Below the pieces are notes generated by a model. That model was not told the origin of the DNA. It saw only the letters and a program-made list of their open reading frames with translations, and did not search any database. 64,000 nucleotides of DNA. Source: Eledone cirrhosa. Its lineage: Eukaryota. A program made the translations under genes and the position numbers. Every line of letters begins with the position of its first letter. The stretch's first letter is position 1. Of this stretch, positions 30,387 to 45,377 are shown one piece after another. The stretch spans positions 84,072,001 to 84,136,000 of the forward strand of contig OZ024747.1 in NCBI GenBank assembly GCA_964016885.1, in the 5' to 3' direction.

Positions 30387-30704
30387 CTTATTTCTATATT
30401 TATTTATTTTAAATATCTTGGTCTCGCTTGTATCTTTACGATGTTTGGGAGATATTTCAGTGGAATGTTTAGATTGAATGACCAGGCACTCGACTAGTTT
30501 GACATGTGAAAATGGCTGCAGACGACACAACTGGGTCATATAAAGCCTGGCGGGCGGAGAATAGAATGTTTGGCAATATTCATTCCGGCTCTCTGTGCTC
30601 CGAGTTCAAATCCTACCAGAACTAATTTTGCCTGCCATCTTATGAATAAATGAAGTATCAGTCTAGCAGAGAAGAGGATTCCTTAACACGTTTCCTTCTC
30701 TCTC

Positions 30705-30776
<72 letters not shown>

Positions 30777-30786
30777 TCTCTCTCCC

Positions 30787-30847
<61 letters not shown>

Positions 30848-30904
30848 CTCTCTCTCTAGCTCTCTCTCTATCTATCTATCTCTCCCTATATATATATATA
30901 TACG

Positions 30905-30987
30905 TTATTCCGGGTTGAGTCGGAGGTAACCACAGTAAGGTTCCTGATGATTTCTAAAGAATTAAACAGTTCTAGTCCTGTAGAATC
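30905..30987 (+). mobile_element. repeat family D fragment with mutated hammerhead and an inverted segment
   Basis: ttc CTGATGA..TAAA cag..ctg TA gaa matches 59744-59790(-); 30909-30940 is downstream family sequence in the opposite orientation. Confidence 0.55.
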
Positions 30988-30990
30988 TCA

Positions 30991-31110
<120 letters not shown>

Positions 31111-31197
31111 TTCTCTCTCTTAAAATCGGCTATATGGTGAAGGGGCCAAGAAAGGAATATTCGTATCAAAGCCCCAACAATCCTTTCATCAACTTTG

Positions 31198-31500
31198 GTG
31201 GGGAGGGGAAAGTCGATTAAATCGACCCCAGTGCATTACTAGGGCTTTATTTTATCGAGCCCGTAAGGATGAAAGGCAAAGATAACCTCGGCGGGATTTG
31301 AACTCAGAACGTAAAAGGTCGTAACTCTTTGCGGCATAAAATTACGACCCTTTACGTTCTGAGTTCAAATCCCGCCGAGGTTATCTTTGCCTTTCATCCT
31401 TACATGGTCTATAAAATAAAGTACCAGTAATACACTGGGATCGATTTAATCGACTTTTCCCTCCCCCAAAATTGCTGGCCTTGAGCCTAAATCAGAAATC
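31198..31500. mobile_element. two headless SINE A copies in fold-back arrangement
   Basis: 31198-31325(-) and 31342-31500(+), spacer ~15 nt. Confidence 0.85.
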
Positions 31501-31667
31501 ATTTTATTAAAAAATTTTGATCGTTTCTTTGATTTTGTTCCTGAGTTAAAGAAGTTGAAAGCATAACATTCCTACTTGTTTCGTTGCGTCAATAACTTGC
31601 TTTCTGTCCTCCATTTTGTTCCATCGGGAACCGTAACATTCGAACACATGTGGTAACAAGTAGAACA

Positions 31668-31741
31668 TTGATGATGACAACGACGACGAGGATGACGTCA
31701 ATGTTGATGGTACTATTGATGATAATGATGATGATGATATA

Positions 31742-31790
<49 letters not shown>

Positions 31791-31823
31791 CGATGACGAT
31801 GATGATGACGATGGTGGTGGTGG

Positions 31824-31854
<31 letters not shown>

Positions 31855-31880
31855 GACGATGACGATGATGATGACGATGG

Positions 31881-31911
<31 letters not shown>

Positions 31912-32025
31912 GATGATGATGACGATGATGATGATAATGATGATGATGATAAGGATGATGATAATGATGATGATGATAAGGATGATGATGATGATGATGA
32001 TGATGATGTAATGATGATGATGGTG
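31668..32025. repeat. (GAT)n-type trinucleotide repeat
   Basis: Direct. Confidence 0.95.
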
Positions 32026-32215
32026 TCAAAATACGTCCTCGGAAGAGTAATGGCTTTAATAGAGGTGAATATGAGAGCAGTTTCTGGTGATGGCGATGGT
32101 GGTGGAGATAATATGGTGGAGATAGAGGTATAAGTGTTTCCAGAGTATCATTAGAGATTAGAGATTATGCAAATAGAAGTATACACACACACTCACTCAC
32201 ACACACGCACACACG

Positions 32216-32269
<54 letters not shown>

Positions 32270-32389
32270 CACATATATATATATACATACAAATATATAT
32301 ATAATTATATACATATGTATATATATACATATATATATACATACATATATATATATACATACTTAAAAAAATATACATATATACATACC

Positions 32390-32441
<52 letters not shown>

Positions 32442-32446
32442 CATAC

Positions 32447-32477
<31 letters not shown>

Positions 32478-32569
32478 CAATATGTGTGTATGTGACTGTA
32501 TATATGTATATCTGTATACACGTACACACACACATTATATATATAAATCTATTCATATACATATATACA

Positions 32570-33167
32570 TGGTGGCTGCCAACTCGTTTTCGAGTACGGC
32601 CACTACTTTATATCCATGTAGGAGAACCCCTACCGATGCGCTGAACGAGCGTGACTTTTAAGTCCAGCCAGCGACTTGAAAACTCTGGTACAAACACTAC
32701 ACCTGTGACAATTATTGACACATAGTGCTGGGCCCATGGCACCATGTGACGACAAGTGCAGAGAGATCTCCAGATATAAAGCAATGCCTGTACCGTGAAG
32801 CTTTTATAGTGAGCAAAGGCACTGCACAAAGCCAGTCCCACTCTCTTAACCAAGATGATATTTACCAAAAAGAAGAACAAGTCAACATCATTGGATACCA
32901 TCAGGGTTGCAGGTGTTATATCAGAGTTTTCCTTCTCCTAGAATTCTGCCTTGACAAAGGCTAAGGGGGTCATCTCTCCCAGTGATTTTGGCTGGCCATT
33001 GACTCTTAAGAGCTCCTTTGCCCTTTGACAGGTTTTGTTTTTAGTCCTGCAGGATGTCCAAAGTCACCCTCCTCACCAAGAAACCTTGATGGGGTTGCCA
33101 GTTTAGTCGCCAACGACCCGACCATGAGACAGGTTGTACTGGGATACATGTTTCCAGTAGCACCAAC
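32570..33167 (-). mobile_element. bipartite non-autonomous RTE copy
   Basis: Near-identical to 26961-27558. Confidence 0.85.
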
Positions 33168-33202
33168 ATATATACATACAGACATACAGACATACATACA
33201 TA

Positions 33203-33765
33203 TTATGATATGGGACAGGGAGAAGAAATCATGCACAGTAGTGGAAATTAGCTGCCCAGCAGATGCCAATATAATATCAAAGATTAGTGAAAAGGAGAAT
33301 ATTTATGTAGAACTGATGAGAAATCTGCAGATACTCCACCCTGATTATACCTTCAGATTTATGCCTGTGATTATTGGGGCACTGGGATATGTTAGTAACT
33401 GCCTCAATACAAAACTTGAGAAGCTAGGCTTCACAGGAACAGAAAGAACACAACTAGTTAGGAAATTACAAGTACAATCCATTAATGGAACAGTAAAAAT
33501 ATATAAAACGTTCCAAAAATGTTGCATCTAATAACTGCATATACACATGTACAGATACAAAGCATATACACATGCACACATACAACTCAAAACATACACA
33601 TCCACACATACAATAACATCCATATTTACACATGCATGCAGGCATACATAATCTACCTAGTTGATGTTGTGTAAATGCCAATGAGAGAGTCTTGTGTCTA
33701 TGTTAGAAACCGACTCTCTCTCTATTGGGAAAAAATTTGTGAAATTATAAAACCAGAAGAAGATG
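33203..33765 (+). mobile_element. R4-like RLE retrotransposon 3' fragment
   Basis: IMIWDREKKSCTVVEISCP..EKENIY..PVIIGALG; its 3' UTR is repeated at ~44700-44953; ACAT-type flanks. Confidence 0.8.
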
Positions 33766-33775
33766 CACACATACA

Positions 33776-34143
33776 TGATGGCTACCCCCTCGTTATCGAG
33801 TATGGCCATTGCACGATATACCATCATTAATTAATTCTATCATGCAATGCCTGTGCGTGAAGATATTTTTTAAAGTGAGGAAAGACTGCACTGAGCCAAT
33901 CCCACTCTCTGAGCGACAGTAGCTATAACCCGAAAAGAAGAAAAGATCAACATCATCGGTAACTACTGAGCCGCAGGTTTTATATCGGAGTTATCCTAGT
34001 TTCCTGAGTTGCCTTCTCCTAGACGAATGCCCTGACAAAGGCTAGGGGTCCTTCACTCCCAGTGGTTTAACTACGTGGTACATGTGTATATACATATTCA
34101 CACACTTTCGGATGGCCGTTGACTCTTCTGAGTTCTTCCGCCC

Positions 34144-34146
<3 letters not shown>
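33776..34146 (-). mobile_element. second, diverged bipartite RTE subfamily lacking the zinc-finger segment
   Basis: Shares gcaatgcctg..gtgaag, cccactctct, ccttctcctag, gacaaaggctagggg and ggatggcc..gactctt with 26961-27568. Confidence 0.7.
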
Positions 34147-34175
<29 letters not shown>

Positions 34176-34240
34176 CATACATACATACATACATACATAC
34201 ATACATACATACATACATACATACATACATACATACATAC

Positions 34241-34778
34241 TGGAACGCACTTCGGAAAACAAAATTAACAACAAACGAGGAGGAATATATTGGAAAGATG
34301 GCACTAAGGAATACTGGTGGAACCTGAAAATAAAAACTGCTACCAAATTAAAGCACAACCGGCCTGATATTGTTGTTTGGGACCACACATTGAAAACGTG
34401 TTCTGTTGTGAAGATCAGCTGCCCACTTGATGTAAACGTTGTCAAAAAAATACAGGAGAAGGAGGACATCTACGGACCATTGATGAGGAGTTTACAAATC
34501 CAGTATCCAAGATACACCTTTAGCTTCATACCCATCATTATTGGAGCTACGGGTTATATACCAACCCGCTTGGACCAAAGTATGACTGAACTTGGATTTG
34601 CGGACAAAGAGCGCAGCTCGCTAATTCATAGTCTACAAATGGCTGCGATAACTGGCACCTTCAAAATTTGCAAAACATTCTTGCGATTCAAGGGATGACA
34701 ATTTCTTTTCTTTTACAACCTTGCCACCAGGAAGGTGGCCGGTCAAAAAAATATACTCGAAATTAAGAGAAAGAGAAA
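34241..34778 (+). mobile_element. R4-like RLE retrotransposon 3' fragment flanked by (ACAT)n on both sides
   Basis: YWWNLKIKTATKLKHNRPDIVVWD..ISCP..EKEDIY..PIIIGATG; (ACAT)n at 34147-34240 and 34779-34842. Confidence 0.85.
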
Positions 34779-34813
34779 ACATACATACATACATACATAC
34801 ATACATACATACA

Positions 34814-34845
<32 letters not shown>

Positions 34846-35119
34846 AAAACAGAGAGAGGGAAAATGTGGGCTGAGAAAGAAGCATTCGTCTATCATCAAA
34901 GTGGCATGTGCAGTTAATAATCTAAAAGTATTGGAAAGTGAGAAAAACTTGGTGTCATCGTTGACTACACTATAACACTAGCGCTGTTTTGTAATTTCCT
35001 TGGCGTCGTTCAAAGGGTTATTATTTTCTCATTAATGCGAAGTAATCTTCTATATTACAAGATACACTCTACACATATAGTCATTCATTCATACAGACAC
35101 ACAGATACGTATATAACAT

Positions 35120-35849
<730 letters not shown>

Positions 35850-36310
35850 ATGGCAAATGAGCGCGTTAGCTTCTACTTGATATAATATATGATTAAAGGT
35901 TTATTGCCAAAGAAAAAAAAAGGCGAAAGAGATGAAATAGAAACTGGAAAACTGAAATCGTAGATGAAGAAGCGGAACGAAACTATTTCAATCATATCAT
36001 TTAGAAATTAAGATACCTTTGAATACTACCGGCAACATTTGGTTCTGTCTATAATCTCCTGAAGAGGATAAGACCAAGGATTATATGGAGTAACACTCGG
36101 TGTTGTATTCGAGCTTACAGAAATTTCTTAGTTAATAAGAACACGGGTAAGGTGGCACAGACAAGTGATGCATGGGTAGATGTTTGCTGAATCAAGTTAG
36201 AGAGCTAGTTTAGGTTCCTTTTTAGTTCAAACCACTTCATAACGTCATATATTTATGTCTGTATGTGTGCGTGTATGTGTGTATGTATGTGTGCGTGTAT
36301 GTGTGTATGT

Positions 36311-36760
36311 ATGATGGCTGCAAACTCTGCTAAGCGTATTGCAATAGTTTGTCAGATTCAGATGTGTGACGCTCGGATATGGCTTTTCAAGCCTGCAAGA
36401 GACTTGCACTCCTTCGCACATTGATGACAACTATGGATCTCCCTGTCCTCAGGTCTTGTATCAGGTTGCCTGTGAACCTTCACAATACCGTGGAGATCAT
36501 AGTTCACTGGTTCTCATTCAACATGGCTGCGACTGTGGCTCCTGAGACCAGATTTTCTAAGAAAATGTTTCCACACTCTGGGCACTTCAATTCAATGGAG
36601 ACACAGATCGTTTCGAGAGATACACCGGGGCATTGCTTACGCACATCCCGTTTGATCTTCTCTTGCTCTATGCTCTTGTCCTCAAAATGATGGACCCCAT
36701 CATTCACCATTCCACGCTATGTCTCTCTTTCAAGAGCTTCTATCTCCCAGTCAGCCACCA
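36311..36760 (-). mobile_element. RTE-clade LINE 3' end with two zinc fingers
   Basis: [47 protein letters not shown]; end gagtttgcagccatca resembles the bipartite element end. Confidence 0.75.
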
Positions 36761-36772
36761 TACATACATACA

Positions 36773-36994
36773 TGGTGGCTGCCAACTCGTTTTCGAGTAC
36801 GGCCACTACTTTATATCCATGTACGAGAACTCCTACCAATGTGCTGAACGAGTGTGACTTTTTAGTCCAGCCAGCGACTTGAAAACTCTGGTACAAACAC
36901 TACACTTGTGAGTGACAATTACTGACACATAGTGCTGCGCCCATGGTACCATGTGATGACAAGTGCAGAGAGATCTCCAGATATAAAGCAATGC
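36773..36994 (-). mobile_element. 5'-truncated bipartite RTE copy in (ACAT)n
   Basis: Matches 26961-27178. Confidence 0.85.
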
Positions 36995-37069
36995 ATACAT
37001 ACATACATACATACATACATACATACATACATACATACATACATACATACATACATACATACATACATG

Positions 37070-37830
37070 CATGTCATTGATGCTCCATCACAGAAAGACA
37101 TAGGTTCCATCTTCATAAAGTATAGGGTGGAAAAGAAATTTAACCAAGATGTAGTGTGGTTGAAAGAGATCTGAACGAACTATTGCCCCTTGTATTATAC
37201 CAAAAAACATACAGCAAGAATGATAATACCTTTGAGACTGTGATAGGAAAACTTCAAAATAAGAAACTACCAGGAAGAGACTTGCTTGTCAGCTATTGAT
37301 ACAAAAAAACCCGACTCACTTGTATCTTATCAACCTCTACTAGCAGGCTCTTAAGGGAGATGTATAAATACCAAGCTGGTTGCCATTAGCAGGAAAAATA
37401 TTGGTCCCCGAAAACAAAGAGACCCACTCGGCAAAAGACTACCGACCCATTACATGCCAGAACCTAATGTATAAAATATATAAAGTCTGTCTGAAACTAT
37501 TCCTCCAGGATCATTGTGACAATAATAAAATCATCACAGATGAGAAAGCAACTGGGAAGAAAGGAGTATTTGGAGGAGATTAACAACTAATTAACAAAAC
37601 CGCGATTTCAAAGGTACAGTGATATAAGAGGGATTTGGTTACAGTCTGGCTGGACTACAGGAAAGCATTCGATTCTGCCCCACTCTTGGGTGCTAGACGC
37701 ACTTGGACTTGATAAACTCCTAGATACTAATATGAGAGCTATAAAGAAACTTATCTTCTTCCTCAGCCACTATCCTGAAATAAAATACAGACCTGGAGAA
37801 CTATATTGTCACTGATAAAATAGAATATTT
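37070..37830 (+). pseudogene. decayed R4-like reverse transcriptase fragment
   Basis: KLPGRD..ILVPENKET..DYRPITCQNLMYKIY..GKKGVFG..VWLDYRKAFDS; starts directly after (ACAT)n. Confidence 0.75.
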
Positions 37831-37831
37831 C

Positions 37832-38530
37832 AGGAGTATATTTTCTGCTTCTGGATACTGTCCAAGCTTTTTCGGGCAGTTTAGCTGAGGCACACCTTTG
37901 CACCCCAATATTTTTGCTTACGATGGACAGTGACCGATAAAGTGGCTCGTAAGAGACGATGGTCTCTCCAGCTTTCAGCACCACACAAACAGAGAATAGA
38001 CTTGACATCTGCCCATTCTCCACGATTATGTGACTGTCCTGACAGTCACATAATCGTGGAGAATGTGCCAGTGATTTAAACATGGGTGTTTCCATGTCGC
38101 CTTATATTTATCCTTCTACCTGAACCAAATATTGGTTACCATTAACGCCTGACATAGCTGTAATAAGAGGAGACCATTAGCATTATATTTACCAATTCCA
38201 TGGCAACCAGTGCAATTCTACAATTCCTAATCACATCCGACTCGAGTATTGAAATTCCCCAGCAATACTACTGTCATGAACTATCTCGAAGCAAGCTGCA
38301 AACGCGGTGACATAATGTGATGTGAGAAGCAGAGCCTGGAAAACCCAGCAGTGTACGGATATCCCAGCATGCAATCTTCAGGTTAGATCGTCGTATTTGT
38401 CCACATTTTTTACTGAGAATTTTCTTGATCACTTCCATTTCTCCCGCATAAATGAAAACAGCCCCCAGTCGTGGGTTACTGACCAGTTTGGAAATTGGAA
38501 GGTTTGTTTAGACCACTTTCTGTAGACCCT
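37832..38530 (-). pseudogene. decayed RTE (BovB-like) AP-endonuclease fragment
   Basis: Hand translation across frameshifts: LKIACWDIRTLL, LLGNFN..RVG, NANGLLLLQLC, TWKHP..HWHIL, GAESWRDHRLLR. Confidence 0.7.
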
Positions 38531-39233
38531 TCCGGAGACGGGGATACAGTAGTTCCTTAAACTTTTACATCCTGTAATAATTTAGCAGACAATATCTAGC
38601 AATAGGTTTGTTAATTGAAATGTCTATGGTATATTTACTAGTGGACAGATTGTTATAAATATTTTGCTGTAGACTAAAGTAAAGACGTTAAGATTTAATT
38701 CAATGTAGTTATAGCAGTGTTTTGTATTTGTTAAGAATATCTTGCTAATGTGCTTTCATGTAGTATAAGATATTAAGAGTCAATGTTTGTTAATAGACAT
38801 GATGAACTCGATACCAAATTTCTAATATCCTACAAGAAAATAACTTACATAAAAACTAGCGATAACAGCATCTACAATAACACTAACCACAACGCTCTCT
38901 TGATATATATTTTTATTGGCGAGACTTAAGGATTTTTAAGATTTTTCTTTGAGAAATAGGTATGTACACATGCTTACACGTATAAACATACACTTACTTA
39001 TAAATTACCTGACATGTATATTTATATATACACACACAGATGGGTTTTGTTAGGTTCATGGATGGGCTGCACTCATTAAAATATCATTTGTATATATCTA
39101 TGAACCCGTAACTCCTGATGGCGTAGTTGGGGCGCCATCGTTTCTTGGTCACTTTAAACATGGCGGAAACCATCCCCTCTCTAGGTGTGAACACAGCCGG
39201 CTTCTTCCATAGAAAGCGAGAAAGTGATAGATA

Positions 39234-39860
39234 TGTTTCTTTTATTTGCCACCAGGGCATCAAAAGTGGGACAAGTACAATGGGGGGAGTTTACAAAACA
39301 AGGCGTCCTCAATAAGGAGGAAGCAATAACAATATATAAAAATAAAATAAAATATAACAAAAAATAAAATTTATAACAAAGTCCTCAATAGAGAGGAGGC
39401 GCCTTGGGGGGTCGCACACACCCCCGAAAAAAAGTGTGCAACCCTTCTCCTCAGGAGCACAGAGAAGGGGTGCTCCCTTGGTCTTTCATCTTCCTCACCT
39501 ATAGTCTGATGTAGAGTGAAGGCCCATTCACACGGGCCATTCTCGCCACTTTCACCCATCTTTCATAAAAACGGCTGGGGTGCAGCACCTCTCTCTCCAT
39601 CCTGATCCTTCTTCCGAAATGATATCGGAAGAAACGGACCAGTTGTTGGCCAGAGAGAAAGGTGTCTGACCTCAGTCCTTTCAGACGCGTCCACCATACA
39701 ACCTCTTTCGCCATGGCTATTACGCACAGAAACACCGCCTCTCCTTCGTTTTTGAAGAGGGGAGGCGGCTTGATCGTTACAATAGACTCGGTGGTCAACC
39801 GGATCGGTCCCACCCTTGACAGCAGTTGTTCGACGTAGCCCCACAGATCGGCAATGCCCG
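39234..39860 (-). mobile_element. 5'-truncated Tx1 copy with 12 bp TSD
   Basis: Near-identical to 17970-18595; TSD aagtgatagata at 39222-39233 and 39861-39872. Confidence 0.92.
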
Positions 39861-40637
39861 AAGTGATAGATAGGAAGTGAGAAAGGGTTATAAAGACTGA
39901 AGGATGAAAGGCAAAGTTGGTCTCGGAGAGATTTGAACTCAGAAAGTTCAGAGAACTAAATGAACACCACAAAGTATTATATCCGACATTCTAACGACTC
40001 TGTTAATTCACCGCCTGCAGAGTATTACTTACATGTATTTATTTTGCCGATTCTCAAAGATATGAAGAGTAAAGTCGATATCAGTAGGAATGGAATGTGT
40101 AAACAAGGAACACTTTACATGATATTATAGAGAAATGCAGCTTCGGCTTCTATCATAGATGACATGTCAGTGCTAACAAACATAATGTAGTGGGCCGAAA
40201 AAATTTTATTTATAGATATAACAGCTTTCAGGACTAGAAAAAAGAGAAAAAGGAAAGAAGCCGATCGTCAGATTGAACGAAGGCAACTGTTTTCATTTGT
40301 CTTTCCCTGACTGATACTATCGGATCAAATACAGCAAAACAACCTCTCAGACACTTTAACAGTTCTGCCCATCCATCACTCTACTGGAATGGTACTTTAT
40401 TTATCAACATCGAAAGAAGGAAAGGTAAAATTGATTTCGGTGGGATTTGAACTCGGAGCGTAGATAGCCGAGACAAATGCCTGGGTATTAATTCTGACAG
40501 GTTTTCAAACAGTTTCCACCGACTCAATGTCACTCACAAGGCTTGGGTTATGGTAAAATCATTTAAAGTGTCTTGCTCAAGAACACAACACGCCGCCTAA
40601 AGTTGAACTCCATATCCACGAAAGACCATAACCATGC

Positions 40638-40952
<315 letters not shown>

Positions 40953-40964
40953 TATATATATATA

Positions 40965-41021
<57 letters not shown>

Positions 41022-41042
41022 ATATATATATATGTATATATA

Positions 41043-41093
<51 letters not shown>

Positions 41094-41099
41094 GCGAAC

Positions 41100-41708
41100 G
41101 ACAAAGCATAAATGAATTGAGAGAGAGACTGAGCATAAGAGGAATCAAATGCTGTGTGCAGGAGAGGCGGTTGCGTTGGTATGGACATGTGATGCGTATG
41201 AAGGGTGATAGCTGCATAAAAGGGTGCAGAGCACTAGAAGTTGATGGAAACCGCAGAGTGGGGAGACCCAAGATGACCTGGGATGAGGTGATAAAAGCCG
41301 ACCTTACCCAATTACACCTCTCAAAGGCGATGACACACGACGGTGACCTCTGGCGTCACGCAGTAATACAGAATACCCGACCTCCCATGGGTACAAGCTG
41401 AAGCATATAGACAATATGCCTCCCCCCCCCCCACTGCAAGGTGGTCGTGCAGGTGCCACGGCAAAAAAGCACCCAGCCCACACTGTAAAGTGCACGTGTA
41501 GGCGCCACGAAAAAGCACCCAGCACTCACTGTAAATGAGGTTGGTGTTAGGAAGGGCATCCAGCTGTAGAAATCAAGCCAAATCAGTTCTTGTATGAGCA
41601 AGGCATGGTCAGCCGACCAGACACTGCCCACAACAGGACAACCCGTGTAACCCATGCTAGCGTGGAAGAACGGACATAAAACGGTGATGATGATGATGAT
41701 GATGATGA
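41100..41708 (+). mobile_element. RTE-clade LINE 3' fragment with (GAT)n tail
   Basis: [36 protein letters not shown]; 3' UTR ttaggaagggcatccagctgta..acccatgctagcgtggaa. Confidence 0.85.
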
Positions 41709-41738
41709 TATACATATATATATATACATATATATACA

Positions 41739-41772
<34 letters not shown>

Positions 41773-41845
41773 CATATATATACATATATATATATACATA
41801 TATATATACATATATATACATATATATACATATATATATATATAG

Positions 41846-41876
<31 letters not shown>

Positions 41877-41878
<2 letters not shown>

Positions 41879-41923
41879 GGAACCAGTAAGACCCCGACAG
41901 CTGAGCTCAAGCCGTTTCGACGG

Positions 41924-41955
<32 letters not shown>

Positions 41956-41961
41956 ACTTCG

Positions 41962-42059
<98 letters not shown>

Positions 42060-42207
42060 CGAAGGAAATGTGGTAAGGAACCAGGTGGACCATAACGCAC
42101 CAAAGTACTCAATACTTAGGGTGGTAGAGTGGATAATAGGAACAAGAATAATTCACAGAATTAGCCGTCGAAACGGCTTGAGCTCAGCCGTCGGGGTCTT
42201 ACTTGTT

Positions 42208-42211
<4 letters not shown>
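41877..42211. mobile_element. family C fragments in inverted arrangement around (TA)n
   Basis: 41877-41927 is the near-perfect reverse complement of 42160-42211. Confidence 0.7.
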
Positions 42212-42261
<50 letters not shown>

Positions 42262-42289
42262 TATATACATGTTCCCCTTTCCTCTCTTT

Positions 42290-42328
<39 letters not shown>

Positions 42329-42528
42329 ATATTGACCTGATTGGTTTTTCCGTTGCTTTGGTCTTATATGGCTAGGCTTGCCTGTCGCAGTCTTCAATTT
42401 GTCAAGCTATCTAATGTATGTTATTACTCTAAGGTGACCCAGCCTTATCGAGTGTTTTGCTACTCATTCCTAATTGTATATCGTTAGCTTGGTCACAGCC
42501 AAAACTTCGATTTTACTAAACTTCCATT

Positions 42529-42565
<37 letters not shown>

Positions 42566-42621
42566 ACTTATATATTATGAAATACTGTTGGCTCCTTGCT
42601 CACATTAATTTCTATATTTTC

Positions 42622-42716
<95 letters not shown>

Positions 42717-42719
42717 TAT

Positions 42720-42905
42720 CAGTGCTCCTTTGGGAGCCCCTACATGGACACACTAGAAGAGGAAGACCAAGGTTAACATATGTTGATGCCCTAAGGACAG
42801 ACACTGGTCTGTTGGAGATGCAGGATATGGCAGCGATAATGAGGGACAGAGACCGCTGGAGAGAACTCGTCCATGGATCTCGGGAATTTTACCCGCCTTA
42901 GATAG
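42720..42905 (+). mobile_element. RTE/RTEX-type LINE 3' fragment
   Basis: [32 protein letters not shown]. Confidence 0.75.
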
Positions 42906-42909
42906 AGAT

Positions 42910-42971
<62 letters not shown>

Positions 42972-43160
42972 CTGATATAATTATTATAGACATTTGCAAC
43001 TAAATAAACTTAGTGTCGCTTGTTATTTTACAGTGCTATATATATATAGAGAGAGAAGGAGAGATAGGAAGAAAATTATACACACATATATACAAACATA
43101 TATATATTTTTATATACATACAAGTTAACATACACAAATATGTAAATGCTTGCATATATG

Positions 43161-43304
<144 letters not shown>

Positions 43305-43330
43305 CAATATATATATATGTATATATATAT

Positions 43331-43786
43331 CAAAGGGCAAAGGAGCTCTTAAGAGTCAATGGCCATCCAAAATCACCGGGAGAGATGACCCCTTAGCCTT
43401 TGTCAAGGCAGAATTCTAGGAGAAGGAAAACTCTGATATAACACCTGCAACCCTGATGGTATCCAATGATGTTGAATTGTTCTTCTTTTTGGTAAATATC
43501 ATCTTGGTTAAGAGAGTGGGACTGGCTTTGTGCAGTGCCTTTGCTCACTATAAAAGCTTCACGGCACAGGCATTGCTTTATATCTGGAGATCTCTCTGCA
43601 CTTGTCATCACATGGTACCATGGGCCCAGCACTATGTGTCAATAATTGTCACAAGTGTAGTGTTTGTACCAGAGTTTTCAAGTCGCTGGCTGGACTAAAA
43701 AGTCACACTCGTTCAGCGCATCGGTAGGGGTTCTCCTACATGGATATAAAGTAGTGGCCGTACTCGAAAACGAGTTGGCAGCCACC

Positions 43787-43787
<1 letters not shown>
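43331..43787 (+). mobile_element. 5'-truncated bipartite RTE copy in (TA)n
   Basis: Reverse complement of 26961-27416. Confidence 0.88.
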
Positions 43788-43868
<81 letters not shown>

Positions 43869-43969
43869 GTATATATATATACATATATATATACAAACAT
43901 ATATTTATATATATATACACGTAAACATACACATTTATGTAAATGCTTGCATATATGCACATGCATATG

Positions 43970-44045
<76 letters not shown>

Positions 44046-44699
44046 CGCTTTCATATTCCCACATGTAAATCACAAAAGGATTTTCTTACTATAGATGGTC
44101 ACGGCTGGAGACAACCACGTCAAATAAAATCAGCGTGAACGCTCAGAAGAATACAGAACAGAGAACGAAATATAGGATCATATATGCTTACACTTCAAAC
44201 ATGAAATCACCGGGGGTTGATGTAATATTGTGCAGTGATTGCGTATATGTATGTTAAACACATACGATTCATTTAACTAACGTAGTTTAATGTTTATAAC
44301 ACATAAAATATCATCATTCTTCTCATTTGTTTATTTTCTTTTAACATTAGAGGAAACTTTATATGGTAGTTTGTTACTGGAAGCTAAAAGAAAGTCCCCG
44401 TGACTCTCATAGCTTTTGAACTGGTAGGCTAACCTATATGTAATGAGTGCAACCTACCCTTATAGTTTCTCCGTCCCTTTTAATTGTCCCTAGCGACAAA
44501 CCAATAGGGGTAGATTTATGCGGTGGCTCGACCAGTTAGAATTAGCAGCTAAATCTCCCTTGGGTCTTTAAAAGAACGATATGGATTATAGGTGATTTAT
44601 TATTATTATTTTTTTTTTTGTTTTGTTTTTTGGTTCTGTTTAAAGAAAAACCAACGAGTGTCTCTAGCAACGAAACAGTGCAGTGTCGTCTCCCACCAA

Positions 44700-44953
44700 A
44701 AATTCTGCATGTAATAACTGCAAATACATATATATATAGATACAAAACATATGCACATGCACACATATAACTCAAATCATGCAGATCCACACATACAATA
44801 ACATTCATATCTCCACACACACACATGCATGCAGACATGCAGACATATTTACCTAGTTGATGTTGTCTAAATTCCAATGAAAGGGTGTTGTCTATGAAAC
44901 AAACCGACTCTTTCTTTCTATTGGTAAAAATGTATAAAAAATGAAACCAGAAC
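44700..44953 (+). mobile_element. 3' UTR of the ACAT-associated R4-like family
   Basis: Homologous to 33517-33760; followed by tacatacac. Confidence 0.7.
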
Positions 44954-45377
44954 GTACATACACACAGATACATATACATACCCAAATACAAGCATGCATA
45001 CAATCATACGCACATCCATATATACATGATGGCTACAACTAAATTTTGAGTAATGCCATCACTTAATACTTAAGCATGAGAATTACGGACATGGCTTTTT
45101 AGTCCCTCTAGGGACTTGCTTATGGCCAATAATCTCATGCATCGCAAATAAATGCCACAGATCAAGCGATGCCTGGTCTACATCATTGGATGCTTTTCGT
45201 CGTTTTATTCTCAGTGTCACGGTTCACTAATTGTCTGTGTTCCCTCTCGGTGAAAATGTATCAATTTCTCACATCATTGAGTTCTTCGTGGCTGCCGCTT
45301 ACAACTCGATAAGCATCTATTATAGTGCAGCTGCAACTTCGGTTATACTCATTATTACTATCATTATTATTATTATT

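Noticed and set aside
31589-32029. Poly-His / poly-Met ORFs
   Set aside because: (GAT)n repeat translation with no flanking domain
36050-36125. Hammerhead starting CTGAAGA
   Set aside because: GAAA box absent (ttcgagc) and stems poor; at most a decayed remnant
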